Counted from the stretch's first letter, positions 27,698 to 43,016 are shown. The stretch: DNA of 64,000 nt from Octopus vulgaris (GCA_951406725.2 OX597814.1:210986001-211050000); one strand, 5' to 3'. Notes: generated by a model from the sequence alone, not told the origin. Made by a program: numbers and translations.

Positions 27698-30044
27698 TAT
27701 CTCTAAACCGTAATTTATAATTCTCTAACTTTTATATATACCAACTGCAATCTCTAAAAGAAAGAGAATTACGAAGAAACATATTTTAATTAATATATGG
27801 AATAAATTTTAGCGATAGTTAATCGGAGTAGTATATTTAAATATACTTACTCACAAAACGCATAGATTGCATGTTTTTAACACATGAGTCGTTGGCATCT
27901 ATCGTATTTAAAACGTTTTACCTTTTAAAAGATAAATTATCGTCGAATTTAACTGAATTCTCAGTTCCCTGAATAGTGTGTTTCACAATTGTAAATATTT
28001 AGCGAACGGTTAATTTGCCTTAGTTGTAACTTATGAAAATAATATGCCGTCCTTTTAAATCGGAGATATTATCTAGCGTTAAGTGAAGCTATCTTCAATA
28101 ACGCTATTATACACAGTGGGTAAGTGATGAGAAATCATAATCAAACGCTTTCCTAGTACGACAAAATATGGTGTTCGAACGCATAACGAGGAAAGGATAG
28201 GCTGACCGATGTATTTCTAAATACAATTGGAGCATGAAAGCTATCGTAAATTGCACCATATATCCTAATGCTTCAAACCCTTTTCCACCAGAAAATAGAT
28301 ATAGAGATATTACATTTTTAATACAAAGTTGGATACACTTTCAGTTGTGATGCTCAAACTGGTTACTTTTTGCAGTTGAATGTCATGTTATTTATGGAAT
28401 ACGGAATTTATTCAATTTCAGCAGTACATATTAACTACTCCAACTGCTTTTTTTGTTCTTCTAAATATATTTGAGATATGAAGTATTGTAAGAGATTTAC
28501 AATGAAATGAGTCAGTCCCAATTTACAAAATAGAAGTATGAGGCAATAAGGGGCCCTTCGTTAAAAAGATTACGAATTGAAAGCCCTGTTTTCTGTATAT
28601 CCCTAAATGTGCATCTCCTTGCATTTTGTTTTAGGTTTGCGAACTTGTGTTACGTATATGTGAGTATGCTCACATAAGCGAATAGAAATATACAAGAGTG
28701 TTGCCCCTTTAACCTTATTAAAAACACATTCAAATTGTTGTCATATATATATGGTGTATATGGTTCACATACTATAAAGTAATCTTTGAATAAACATAAC
28801 ACATATTCATATAATTTTATGTTTCGATAAATACAGTTATGCAAACTAGTAAAACGAAGAATAAAATAATTCTATATGTGAGAAATTTGTTATAAATATG
28901 CCAGACATTACAAATATTAATAATTTTTCTTTATCATGGTTTGCTTATTGATATTTTTTTACAAATATTTTGCCTTAGAAATAGATTCGAAATGTATGTA
29001 TTTATATTTACGACTTCCTTCCACTTAAACAAACAATATATATATATATATATGTATGAAAAAATGAAAGAGAGGGAGAGATACATAGAGATAGAAAGAG
29101 AGAGAAAAGAAGACAGAGAGAGAAAGACATGCCGACAGACAGACAGACAGTGAAAATGTGTGTGTGAGTAGGTGTTCGTATGCCTGAGTGACGGAGAGTA
29201 AGAAGTAGAAGTTGCAAAAGAAATAGAGTTGACACAAATTGTGTTAAAAACTCGTGTTATAAAAAGTAAAGTTATTGACTAAAAGGGAGATTTCTAATAA
29301 TAAATGAAACACAACCATGACGAAACTAATGAAATATCATTATCCTGTGTATTCTTCTATATATATTTTCACGGCGCGCTGAAGCAATGCATAGCGACCC
29401 CCAGGAAAAGAAAAACACACATGTACAAACTCACACGTACATACATATATAATTTCATACATATATAAGTATATAAATATATATTTTTGTTTATATACAT
29501 ACAGATACATCACTCTTTATATCTCTATCTCTCTGTCCACACACCCACAAACACGTATTTATATATATATATATATATATATACATATATTCTTTTATAT
29601 ATTCCAGCCTGGAGGCTGTGGCCATGCTGACATACACATACATACGGTTCATACGCGCACGCACAAACACATGCATACACTCACGCACACGTACACACAC
29701 ATCCACACACATATATATATGGACATGTATAAGGAGTTCTTGTATTTATAACTATACAAAACTTGCTAGAAAAGTAGTTATACTGCAAAGACGATGGATA
29801 TACTTTTGGGGAGTCGACTGTTATCTCAATTCCATTCTCCACCGCATATAATTGGTTACAAGGGTCAAATGGCAAACACATAAATTGGCATAGCGAAGCC
29901 ATATGCTAAATATAACTGCTGTCAGCCATTATGTTTCTGTGAGAAAAGTGCTGTTGCAATGTTAAGGGAAATGGCTGATTCAGATTCCAATCTACGCTAT
30001 GCCTAAATGAAGTCACTACAATATCTATAGAATGATTGAGATAT

Positions 30045-30152
30045 ATGAGTTGTGTCTTTCGTTTTTCGAATGAATAGTTCATGTTCCATGTACTCGAGCT
30101 TCGTAATTTTTTGTTGTACACATTTCGTGATGTCTTGTGCCCACATTTGCAA
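30045..30152 (-). repeat. Partial copy of the repeat at ~56292-56640
   Basis: Reverse complement aligns with ~56295-56400. Confidence 0.7.
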
Positions 30153-30199
30153 ATTCACATATATACGTATAGCTGTATGTACATATACGTATGTATACA

Positions 30200-30341
<142 letters not shown>

Positions 30342-30379
30342 GATATTAAAATTAATATTAATTTATCTCCCTCAATTTT

Positions 30380-30443
<64 letters not shown>

Positions 30444-31136
30444 TATTATATATGTATATATATAAATGTAATATATTATATATATATATATATATAATTG
30501 TATGTGTTTTTGCGTGCGTGGATGTGTGTGTGTGGGAGAAAATGAGAAAGATGAGGGTGTGTGTGTGTGTTTGTATATGCGTGTGTGCGTGTGTATGTGT
30601 GCGTGTGTATGTGAGTTTGTGTATGTGTGTTTGTGTGTGCGTGTGTGTGTGTTTCTGCATGCGAATATGCGTATGTATACACATAAGTTGCAATTTTAGC
30701 AATGTCAAGATATGTATAAAAATAACTTCTGCTATGTGACATTTAGTCCAGATTATGTACAACGCCTTAATATATTGCTTATGATTAAAGCCAATATTGA
30801 CGACGAAAATTATCGGAAACTCTGTTCCGCAGTCTTTATTACTAAATCAAAGTTACCCAGACACATACAACGTCAGTGGTTCTAAAATTCATTTGTTAAT
30901 TTGATTCTGTTATCTTAAACTAGATAAGTAATAAAAAGTAATTTTGAGAAATGAATACTTTAGATTATTTATTAAATGATAACCATCTGAATAGATTCGC
31001 GAACACGAAATCGAAAAATCTTTGGCTACTATTCGCTGGTGTATGGAGGAGTCATATGATTTGTGAAGGCCATATGTCATAAAAGTGCAATGAATGTACA
31101 CCGACGTCATATAATGCATGCACCCAAAAATCTCTC

Positions 31137-31171
<35 letters not shown>

Positions 31172-32249
31172 GTATATGTATACATGCAAGTTGATATATA
31201 CATATTCATATAGGTATATACATATGTACGTAATGCACATACACATACGCATACACACACACATATATATATACACATATTTATATATGAATAGGTAAGC
31301 AGTGTTAGTGGTTATAGTAACCGATTAAGGGATAAAGTATCCGTATTTACTATCGGTATAAGTTACCTGTGTTATCTCTGTGCATGGCTATGCAGGCATA
31401 CTATGCTCGTAGTGTACAGGAAACAACAGAATAAACAAAAGTTTATCAGGAATCAAATTTAAATAATAAGAAAATGGAGATCGACAAACAAATCAATTAG
31501 ACCATATCTGTAGATTATTGTTTAATACAAAATAACATGACATAACATTTCTGTGACATAACAATTCTTACGGCCATTTCCACTTCCAATGTCAGTCGGT
31601 GTCTACGAAGGAATTGCGAAAATAATATTTTTGATCTCATAGGATATTGGAACTAGTACATGGAGCTTCAGCAGAGTGAATACAAAAGCGTCAAAAAATA
31701 AACAAAGGGAAGAGAGAATAGGAAAAAAATCATGGCCTACAGAAGGCGCTAGCAGGCTTAATATATTAAAATCATTCCATCTTCCATAGCAGGGCTTCGG
31801 AGACAATAGGCAAAAGAGTGATCTAGCAGTGGTCTATGGAAAATATTACGGGTTATTTTCATATAAAAGGGAAAACCAAAATGATTTGGAATTTGTGAAA
31901 AAAGTTAGCAAAAAGAAAAACAAGAAAATTACTAACATGTCTAGAAGTGATCAGTAACTATGTTATTGTAAATAGTTCTTGTTGATATTTATCCAGAACT
32001 ATACCATAGGGTTCTTATGATAGTGTACTTAGTGAAATATTAGATAGAACACCACCTGTTGTCTCTACAATTGTTCAATTATATTTGAACCAAGGGCAAA
32101 AGTTAAAACCGTTTCAATGGACATGCAAATATACAAAAAGAAAAAGAATCTGTAAATAAAGGGCGCATGAGAGAAGACTAGGAGATAAGTAGTACGAGGC
32201 CACTTATGGCCTTCTGCAAGTTCTCAATATAACATAAATAAGAATAAAT

Positions 32250-33280
32250 AAATTAGACACAATACTATAATTTTTATAGTTAACTGGAGACAACTATAAG
32301 GTTGTCCCAAATGTTCGCAGAAAGTCTTGGAAAATAATGGTCTTATTTTGAGGAATAATTTTTGTTGTTTTTGTAAGTTCTTGGCGAGTAAAAATTCAAT
32401 TTTTGCAAGTGTTTACGAACTTTTGGGACAACCTAATATTATAGAGTTTACACATGAATATATAAAAAAGAGACTACCGGTAAATCGGGAGACATGATCT
32501 GGCGCATGCTCCCTTTTGGGATTCAAATAAAGGCCGATTTTGCTAACCAAATATTTAACGTTATAAATAAGCTCTTTCATAAGAAAAATAGGTATTCGAA
32601 ACATACATAGTAAAATAATAAGTATAGTTTATAGTATTACTAATAACTTAGCGAGCATCATATCCTCGCCTGCATAATAAAAAAATAAACACTTTCTACT
32701 TAAATTAAAGATGGATAGCAACGACGGTTGTAATATTAGGAATTAAAACAATGCACCCTAAACCAAACTTAGTAAAGGATACAATCAGAACCATTATAAA
32801 CCTATCAATCTCAATAGATTTAGTTCTACGCCTTTAGAAGTCAATTACCCTACAGCGCAATCTATGTGATTGTAGGAATAGGAAGATTTGTGCCCTCGGA
32901 AATACCTGTAGAATTAAGGACGTAATTCACAAATGTACAGTCACAAGACAGTTTAGTAAAAGAAGTTACATAGGAGCTACCCAAAATGAAATGCAACGTA
33001 GGCTTGCCACACATCAACATACTTTTAGAAATAGAAACATAATGAACTTGACTGGATTATGTAAGTATATTTGGGAACTCAAAGACAGTGATATTAGCTT
33101 CACGTTATAATGGGCGACCCCGCCATTGCACCGTCGTATAATGTAAAAAATAGGAAATGTTATCTTTGTATTAATGAATGGTTTTCATTCTAGCAGCATG
33201 ACACCGACTGTGGAACCTAAGAGGGGAGAGAAGTTAGCTTGTCTGCAGAAGGGGCGGTTCACCTTCGCTAAATATAAATA
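32250..33280 (+). pseudogene. Penelope-like element relic: post-RT linker and GIY-YIG endonuclease
   Basis: 32859-33107 reads NLCDCRNRKICALGNTCRIKDVIHKCTVTRQFSKRSYIGATQNEMQRRLATHQHTFRNRNIMNLTGLCKYIWELKDSDISFTL, then SYNVKNRKCYLCINE; upstream peptides FANQIFNVINKLF and YSITNNLASII fit the PLE linker. Confidence 0.8.
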
Positions 33281-34575
33281 ACATTAGAAACCCTTATACC
33301 ACCCCAAAATAGTACTAAGAACCCACACCATAGAAATAGTAGCCTTTGTATTAATTTGAAGGCTATGCATATACATCTTAAGTCAAGTAAGTTTGCTAGC
33401 AGTAATATCGAGCGCTTCCAGGTATTTATTTAAATACTCCTCACTTTTACACTAATTCTGTGTTTAGGTCCTACCCACCACGGTGGTGTGTACCTAGATC
33501 TTATACCAATTAAGTCATTCCTCCTTAATATAACCAATTAACACCTTGTAAAAATGCCAGATACTTTATTTATGAATTTATTTGAGAACCCAGAGGACAT
33601 AGGAATTCAGCCACAATGTTATGGCCTCTAATAACAAATGCAAATCCCATTTTTTATTTAAATTTTAACTTTATTTATTTTGCTATATTTTATTTTCCTG
33701 TACCTTATATACCAAGGATGTGCTTGTGGGAATTTGCTGTAATCTGGTCTTAATTATCTACGAACATATTGGTCTTTCTCCAATTAAAATATACTTTACT
33801 AGCCCGACGCTCTAACCAATGGGACATGCGCCTTCACACTCACACATATACACGTGTATATGTGTATATATATGTATACGCACACAAATGCATGTATATC
33901 TGTGTTTACATATTGACAATCTGTGCTGATTCGTCTATATCCGAGTAACATCACGGTTTTGGTAACATAGACCAATGGAATAAGTACCAAACATAAACTT
34001 AGGTTTTGTTTGAAAAAATACTTCAACTAGATGTACAAACATCGCCGACGTTCAATGGCTGAAACAAGTATAAGATATGAAAAACGTAGTGTTATAAGCG
34101 TCTGTATGTGTGTGTACAAGCACACACACACATACATACACACGTACACACAAACGCACACACACACACTCTCACGCACATATGTATATGTTTGTGTGGA
34201 ATTAGCAATTTCTCGCGTGCTGCATAAATCTATGGATATTTCAAATACGCCTTTGTCTTTATTTAGCTTAGATATTTCTGATATGAATATACGAGCAGGC
34301 ACTTTCACGAAACAAGTAAAGATAAATGCAATTTTTTTCTCTCTTTACTTTCTTACATACAGAGATGTAATAAAAGTTGATGTATACTTTGCCAGGAATA
34401 CGGATAGTGTGGGACTTGATGTAGCTGTATAGCATTTAAGAATGAGGAATGTTACTGAAAAAGATATGAGAAAGAATTAGTAGAAGAATTTCAGCGAGTG
34501 AAGTATTGAAACACTGCTATTATAATTTAGGAATTTCTTTAATGTATAACAATGAATCCGATTATTATAGTTTCG

Positions 34576-34647
<72 letters not shown>

Positions 34648-34683
34648 TATTAATCAAAATAAAAACATGATGCCAAGGATTTA

Positions 34684-34764
34684 GCGCTACATATGTTTCG
34701 GGCCTTTATTAGACGGATTTATCACAAGGCATAACGTGTGTATATGGCCTTCTTCAGCCGCGCA
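34684..34764 (-). ncRNA. Type I hammerhead motif with intact core
   Basis: gcgcgg-CTGAAGA-aggcc...ggccc-GAAAC-atat-GTA-gcgc; palindromic stem III ACATATGT; host repeat ~34642-34930 lies between (TA)n tracts. Confidence 0.65.
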
Positions 34765-34936
34765 CAATTACTACCTCAAGGACATGTATTACATCAAAAA
34801 TTCTACGTTGGGGATACAAATCCTCTCATTCGCGTACGACATAATGCGGCACCAGCACAAAAATGAAGCGTCCATCTCGTCCTTCTCTCAATGTAGAATG
34901 AGGAAGCTTGGATGTTGAGGTAATATAAATACATAT

Positions 34937-34977
<41 letters not shown>

Positions 34978-35007
34978 AGCACACAAACACAAACACAAAC
35001 ACACGCA

Positions 35008-35055
<48 letters not shown>

Positions 35056-35065
35056 CCTATATATA

Positions 35066-35265
35066 GGGAGAGTTTACGGAAAAAACAAAAGACTAAGACA
35101 GATGGTATACAAAAAAAAAAACAGATGTACTAGTATAACGCTCAGCAATAGCAAAAATTGTTTTATGTTTCGAGCCTACACTCTTCTAGAGAAAGGGACA
35201 CAGAAAAAACAAGGAGAGAAACAAGGAGTGGAAAAAATGCGTGTAGTGGCTAACGATCTATCATG
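35066..35265 (-). mobile_element. Second, more decayed copy of the 9439-9647 repeat
   Basis: Aligns by eye; motif at 35161-35196 reads ctctaga-agagt-gtag-gctc-gaaac-ata. Confidence 0.7.
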
Positions 35266-35419
35266 ATATATATCTGTATATTTATACTTAAATATTCATC
35301 GTTTGATAATTTTCAGTGTTTTTTTTTTTTTGTGTGTTTATATGAGTACATACATGCTCATGCACAGGCCTATATGGCCGCAGTCAAATGTCATAAACAT
35401 ATTTACGTATATATACATT

Positions 35420-35750
35420 TTCACTCTTTTACACGTTTCAATAATTTGACAGCGGCCATGCTGGAGCACTGGCTTTAGTCTAATAAATGAGATCCAGGAG
35501 TTATTCTTTATAACCATAGTATGTATACTATCGGTCTCTTGAGGACGAACTGCTATGTTACGATGACGTAAACACAGCAACGTCGGTTCTCAAGCGATGG
35601 TGTGGGAAAAATACAGACAAACACACACATACATATACGACGGGCTTCTTTCAGATTCCCTCTACCAAATCCACTGAAAAGCCTTTGGTCAGCCGCAGAC
35701 TATGTGATTGGAAAGTTGCCTTTTTACCACACTGCCACTTCTGTGCCTCT
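35420..35750 (-). mobile_element. SINE family C, diverged
   Basis: gcggccatgctggagcac and ctaccaaatccac blocks. Confidence 0.75.
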
Positions 35751-35821
35751 TTTAGTCTTTTATATATGTATATATATTTATACATGTATATGTATATATA
35801 TCTTTATGTATAGAAATATAC

Positions 35822-36129
<308 letters not shown>

Positions 36130-36253
36130 GAAGAAACCAGAAAATGGAGAGAAAATTACTGAATAACAATTAATTTACCCCAATTATCATTTATTAATTA
36201 ATTACAAAAAGACAGAATTTCAACTTACAGGTGTTTCCATTAACAGTAGCTAA

Positions 36254-36800
36254 TGAATTATGAACATTATTTACATTTGACGGATATTTGTCCGCGTCTT
36301 GTGTGTAGTTCACACAACATTACGGCTAATATACCCTCCAGCCTTTATCAGATGTCTTGGGGGAAAGTTCTCATTCCTTAGGCATTTTTCGATATTATCA
36401 TTATCATTAATATTATTATCATTATTATTATTTTATTATTATTATTATTTTTATTATTGCTGTTGTTGTTGTTGTTGCTGTTGTTGTTGTTGGTATTATT
36501 ATTATTATTATCCTCATCTTTATTATTATTCAGGTGACTGCCTGTTATCGAACTCGAGCATATGGCTTAGCGATTAAAAGCGTGGGCTATTAACCCCAAG
36601 ATTCCGAGTTCGATTCCAGGTAGTGATCAGACTAATAATAATAACAACAACAGCAACAACAACAATAACAACATCGAAACATACCTTAAGAATGAGAACA
36701 CATGTTCGAAATGTCCCCAAGACATCAGATGAAATCTGGAGGTTATATCATCCGAAACGTTGTATTTACAACAAACAAGATGACGACAAATATCCGTCAT
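36254..36800. mobile_element. Head-to-head pair of a tRNA-headed element with a hammerhead-like tail
   Basis: Plus copy 36557-36800 has A box TGGCTTAGCGA and B box GAGTTCGATTCC; minus copy 36254-36556 is truncated at the B box; HHR relics at 36312-36355 (-) and 36722-36765 (+). Confidence 0.7.
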
Positions 36801-36996
36801 ATATTGAAAATTTCCTGACTTTATGATTATTACGAATGACCTGGCTGCAGGCACAGTCTTCCGAGTTCTTTTATAGAGCTTCGAAAAACTGAAGGACCGG
36901 TGCAATATACGTGCGAATGTGTTAGGGGAACATGTTGAATAAAATGATAAAGTAATCACTCTGTAGTTACTTTTACCCAAAGCCCCTCGTACTTAG

Positions 36997-37067
<71 letters not shown>

Positions 37068-38582
37068 ATGATACTATATCTAAATATGATCAACTATTTC
37101 GTCGAAATGGGCATTTTTATCCAACTATCTACACTCTTTGTGTCAGATTCCAATTATTTATTCCCATACTTCCTTATGATCATTTTTCCACAGTATATTT
37201 TAAGGTAATAAATTGGTTTTGATGAGAAATGTGGACCTTGTATTGGACACTGTCCTCTCGTAATTTTTATTTATGTTTTTATCAGCTAAATGTTATTTAC
37301 AATACACCCAATTTCATAACGGTTTGTTCACGAATAAAATATGATTATATTCTTGCCGTTGTTTAGAAATCATTTATCCTACACAAAATATATCTGAATG
37401 TCATTTATAGGATATATTCCGTGTATTCTAACATCCATTATCGTACAACCCATTATCTACTTGGTCATTTTACACTATTTATATATTTTATGTTTTACAC
37501 GATATTTTTCTGCATCAGTTATCTGATACATCACGTAGCATCGTTTGATTTTTCATAAAATAGTTTTATTTACATTTTTGTTATAATATTTGCTTCATTT
37601 CCCTGAAGCATTAAAATATTTTGATGCTATTTATACTTAATCACTGATGACTGGAATTCGCTCAAGGCCAATTTTTGCTTGGGTGGGTGTATATTCGATC
37701 GATACAAAAACTCCTTACAGGTACTTAATTTAACACCCAAAAATCGATTAACAGGTAATTCGACCGCTGAACAAGCAGCAATTTAAACGGTGAAGGATGT
37801 TCTGATATCGTGAGTTCAAACCAATTTTGAGGAGATACTTCGATAATGAACAGAAAGTTTATATACTAATTCGACTCCGTTATGTTTATACATATATTTA
37901 CTTATTTTTTATTTCACAATGGTAGCTTCAAAAATTTTCAAGAAGAAAAGATTAGTTTGAGGTGTATATATTGTTAATGCAGTGTATTGTAATTAATGTA
38001 TATATTGCGTTGTCTTCCATTATATCAGCTCATGTGAAAACTTCAGTAAAACGATATAGTCAACATCTTATAGTGATGAGATAAAAACTATGAAAATTCC
38101 ATTCGTGATTTGACGCATTACGTAAAAATCAATAGATAATCCTTAATCAATAATTGTGTAGTTTCCATGAATTCTTCGAAAACTTCCTCCTGATGATATT
38201 CTTAGTAATGTGAACGAGAGATTTCCTTAGGAAAAGCAAGCGCAACAAAATGCGTCAGATAAACTCTTCGTTTTCAGCGATTTCAGTAGCCAATGACAGT
38301 ATAAGATTCCGATGACCTTGACATAAAATCTTCTTATGAATAGTTGCATGATTTCTGAAAGGGTGCTTCGAATTTATTTGTGAGTTTCTTCGAATAATTA
38401 TAGTCCGTTATTGTTACTGAGAATCATTCCGTCAAATTCAAATGCACAAAAACACATATACATGCGCACCAACGTGGAAACCCCGACTAAAACTCATACA
38501 CACACGGGTGTGTATCCGTATGTGTATATATGTATGTGTGTGTATCATTCTCTCTCTCACACACATACTCTCTCTCTGTATA

Positions 38583-38627
<45 letters not shown>

Positions 38628-38643
38628 GATACGTATGTATATA

Positions 38644-38915
38644 CAGCCAAGAAGTTCCAACGGCAATCCGTGTAGGGTAAAATGCTTCAGAAGTGGTATA
38701 TATATATATATCCCTTCTTAACTGTTGACGAAGTAGCAAAGAAGATTGGATTTGGTCATTCAGCCATTCATAGTCTCCTGGGATTGAAGGAAGATAGATG
38801 GAAGAGCATTGTAGAAAATGAAGCAGAGTATATTTTTCATTAAGAAAGAACTTTGTCTATCTTAAGTTTGAAAAATAAGAGTATAAAAAAGCGCATTAGT
38901 TATGGGATAACCCAA
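38644..38915 (+). mobile_element. Internally deleted mariner relic
   Basis: LTVDEVAKKIGFGHSAIH (HTH) close to DRWKSIVENEAEYIFH* (mariner C-terminus), followed by TIR-like ttatgggataacccaata and TA. Confidence 0.6.
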
Positions 38916-38963
38916 TATGTATGTATATATATTTATACATACATATATATATATATGTATATG

Positions 38964-39065
<102 letters not shown>

Positions 39066-39710
39066 TACTATTGAACCTTTGGAGGTTCATTATGCCCGTA
39101 ATAATAAACTCACGCACTGGTTCGGTCCTTTATTGTTATTGTTAGTTAATTGGTTCGTTACTCATTAACCAATTCATCGGTCAGTTGTTGTTTTACTAGT
39201 TTTTCTAACTCATATCCTAAACATTTTGGTCAAAGAGTTAATCGTTGTAAATCTACAATCAGGTGGGTAGATATACCAATATCGATTGAGTTGGCTTTCT
39301 GTGTCGAATTGGCAATTATAGTGAGAGATACGTGGTTTGGAGAATTTTATTCTTATTTCAAGCAAACACGTCCATATTGTACACTGAATTTTAGCATAAA
39401 TATTTTGCATAATTGGATATATTTGCTAAACCCCTTTATCATTCCTTTTTTAAAGTATAATGCTAACTTATTTGGATTTTGAATATATATATATATTATC
39501 TTTGGATTTGGTTTGCAAGATTCTTTATGTGAGCACGTGTGTTGAAGCATATTCTGTTGATTTTGGAGAGTCATTCTCTTTTAGTGCCTCAAAATTTAAC
39601 ACACTCACCGGTAAAGTTTCCATTCATTTACTTATTTATTTTTCTAAAATTTTCGTTACGCCTTGCAACCTTTTCAATAGTTGTTGAAAAGGCTGCAAGA
39701 CGCAACGAAA
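39066..39710 (-). mobile_element. Possible Penelope-like 3' relic (endonuclease remnant plus decayed HHR)
   Basis: GNFTGEC...RMTLQNQQ resembles YIGET...RMTLHRQQ; CCGATGA-attggtt..aaccaat at ~39148-39180; microsatellite on both sides. Confidence 0.4.
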
Positions 39711-39731
39711 ATTGGCTCACCTCAGACACAA

Positions 39732-39792
<61 letters not shown>

Positions 39793-41654
39793 ACGTTTAC
39801 AATGTGCAGAATCTTAAGCCTTTCGCAGCAACGGATTGAGAAATTTTGGCACTACTCCAATGTGTGTATCCTTATGCCTAGCTAAGACAATGGATATTAT
39901 TTTGACATTTTCATTTCGATATCTATGTATTTAGGCAATACCATTCGGCAGAATTTGTATTGCATTTCACAAAATCTTATATGTTATTAGGTATTATTCC
40001 ACCTTTATTTCCTATTTAAATCTCATTTCACACTTCCTTTCCCAGATTTTCAGTTGAATAAGTTCACAAATATTTGTCGAGTTTATGATGCTATTTTGCC
40101 TCTCATTCAAAGATATGATGCGGGATTTTGTACACGTAATCGTCATATAATGCAATCTGCTAATCTAGCCACTGGAATACACCTGTATATCAATACCTTA
40201 TGGAAGACATCCAGCGCAAAATTTATTATATGCTTATGGTAAGGTGAATTTCGTTTGATACAGAAATCTCATATACAGCCAAAGTATTTTCTTGTGTACC
40301 GTTTCTATATTTAGCAAAACCTTCGAGCAGATGAGTAATAAAATATGTTCACAAATATTTCACTAAATATATTAGCATTCATTTTCTTATATAATTTTAA
40401 AATATATTCTTATTTTGTTTGCTTTAAAATATAAGCAACTATAACTTATTTCATCAATAACTAGGTTTTATACATAGAACGTTTCAGAGCGTTTAAATAT
40501 TTAATGTTCTTTCGAAGTCTACATAAGAATGATTGACTTTACATTTCTGTACAATATCTAAATGTACGAAAAGATTACCGATTGTATAATGTATTGCCCT
40601 CAGTAATCCTTTATATACATATAAATATATGTATGCATATATAAAAGTATGTATGTATGCATATATATATATATATACATACACACACATATGTACACAC
40701 GCACTCATAAAACGCCTAAATACACACATATATGAGTGTTTATACGTTTATGATGCGTGTATGTCCGTGTGTATGTATGTAAGCATAGATGCGCATAAAC
40801 ACACACATATATAAATATATATGTGATATAAATGGTATGGCAAATGTCACAAACTCTTGCTAAATATTGTGGTTCATGAATTTTAACACACACTATGGTA
40901 ATGTTATATATGTACCTATTTACTGGTGTGTGTGATTGCACACAATGGAAGAAGGAGAGAGAGGGGGTGATAGACAGAAGGGCAGAGAATGACAGAAAAA
41001 AAAACAGAAGTATACAATAACGAAATAATTTTTAGAGAGTGTTATAGTTCTAAAATCAATAATTACGTGTCACATATAAGTAGGAAATTTCATATAAAGT
41101 CCTACCATATTCAGTATTTATAAAGTTGGAGAAAAACTAATTTTCAGAATTATATTGAAATATTTTTGATAAAAATATAAGTCCAATATATAATGTTACA
41201 TAAATTAGTTTTAAATATATTTACTTTTTAGAATAATAAATACATCAAAATTGCTATAAATTATCTTAAATAATTATACGGAAAAATTATTAATTAATTA
41301 CTGTATACACGCACATGTTGGCTAAAAACAATACTACAACTACAGAGTAAGTAGAGATATTAATACTCTGAAATATGAAATAATTTTCTTTGTCATTTCA
41401 TTTTTAAAGTAAAAGTCATATTCAAGAGCGCATAAATGTTAACTACAATGTGTAAATATTTAATTAGTAAAAGATAATTATTATTTAGTATGTACGATGT
41501 AGCAAACAGGAAAACGAACATTCTTCGTTCAGAAACATATATTCAGTGTCTTTTATTTGTTTCTATCCGTGCGTGTGTGTGTATCAATGCATGTATATAT
41601 GTATGCGTGTATGCATGCATGTATGTATGTGTGTGTATGCCTATATTTACATAT

Positions 41655-42039
41655 GGGGCACGTTTTGGCCCAGTGGTTAGGGCAGCGGAGTCGCGGTCAT
41701 AGGATCACGGTTTCGATTCCCAGACCGGGCGTTGTGAGTGTTTATTGAGCGAAAACACCTAAAAGCTCCACGAGGCTCCGGCAGGGGATGGAGGTGATTC
41801 CTGCTGTACTCTTTCACCACAACCTTCTCTCACTCTTACTTCCTGTTTCTGTTGTACCTGTATTTCAATGGGTCGGCCTTGTCACTCTCTGTGCCACGCT
41901 GAATATCCCCGAGAACTACGTGAAGAGTGCACGTGTCTGTGGAGTGCTCAGCCACTTACACGTTAATTTCACGAGCAGGCTGTTCCGTTGATTCGGATCA
42001 ACCGGAACCCTCATCGTCGTAACCGACGGAGTGCTTCCA
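41655..42039 (+). mobile_element. SINE family A, full length
   Basis: Same sequence family as 15315-15698. Confidence 0.9.
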
Positions 42040-42909
42040 AAAATAAAAAAAAATTTCATATGTCTGTGTGCCAGTGTGTGTGTGTGTGTGTGTGTGTGTG
42101 TTTCAGTTAATAAAATTTGGTTAGATATATGTATACAGAAAGAAACATAGACATGCTGAAAACACACAAATCATACAGAAATTACGTCACCATGTTCACT
42201 CAAAGATAAAGGGGAAGTCTTTTTGGTTGGTGTAATATCGATTTGACAAAACTGAAACCGGAATTCCAGTGATAAATTTCTTCCAGTCAATTTCCACTGT
42301 TGTTCATTTTTTCTGGAAATTGGTAGAATTAACAACAGAGTATGATAAATTAAAATGCTGTAACCGTCACTAGCATTGGTGTATTTCCCCTTGTGCTGGA
42401 TTCGTAATAATATATTTTGTCTAATTTGATATAGTTTTCCTTTCCTATAGAAGGTTTTCTATGATTAGTGTGATGTTTCATTAGTTGAAAGACTTCAAAG
42501 TTGGAAATAAGAAAAGAAAGTAAAGTGTAGTTCTTTTGCAGGGGAAAAGGGATGAAATATTGGTTGCTTTGGCTGAAAAAGCAGAAAAGTATAGGATGGA
42601 AGAAATAACGATTAAAACAGACAGTAAATGATACAGTACATGCATAAAATGTACTGATTATATAAGTAACTATTCGTCTGAAATCCACTGGGTATTATAT
42701 CATTTCAAGTTCGTGAAAAAGTACATAAGACACAAAAACAATATTAAAATCTCTACAACCATAATTGGTAAGCTAATTTGGTAATTCAATTGCGGTAAAA
42801 GAGAGAACATTAGGATAAGATATATTTTTTAAAAATCCAGAAGATAAAAACAATATCAGTCGGAATCACCACCAGCACCAGAACAGATTTCAGCATCACT
42901 ACCAGTACC

Positions 42910-42941
<32 letters not shown>

Positions 42942-42974
42942 AAGAAGAAGAAGAAGAAGAAGAAGAAGAAGAAG

Positions 42975-43016
<42 letters not shown>

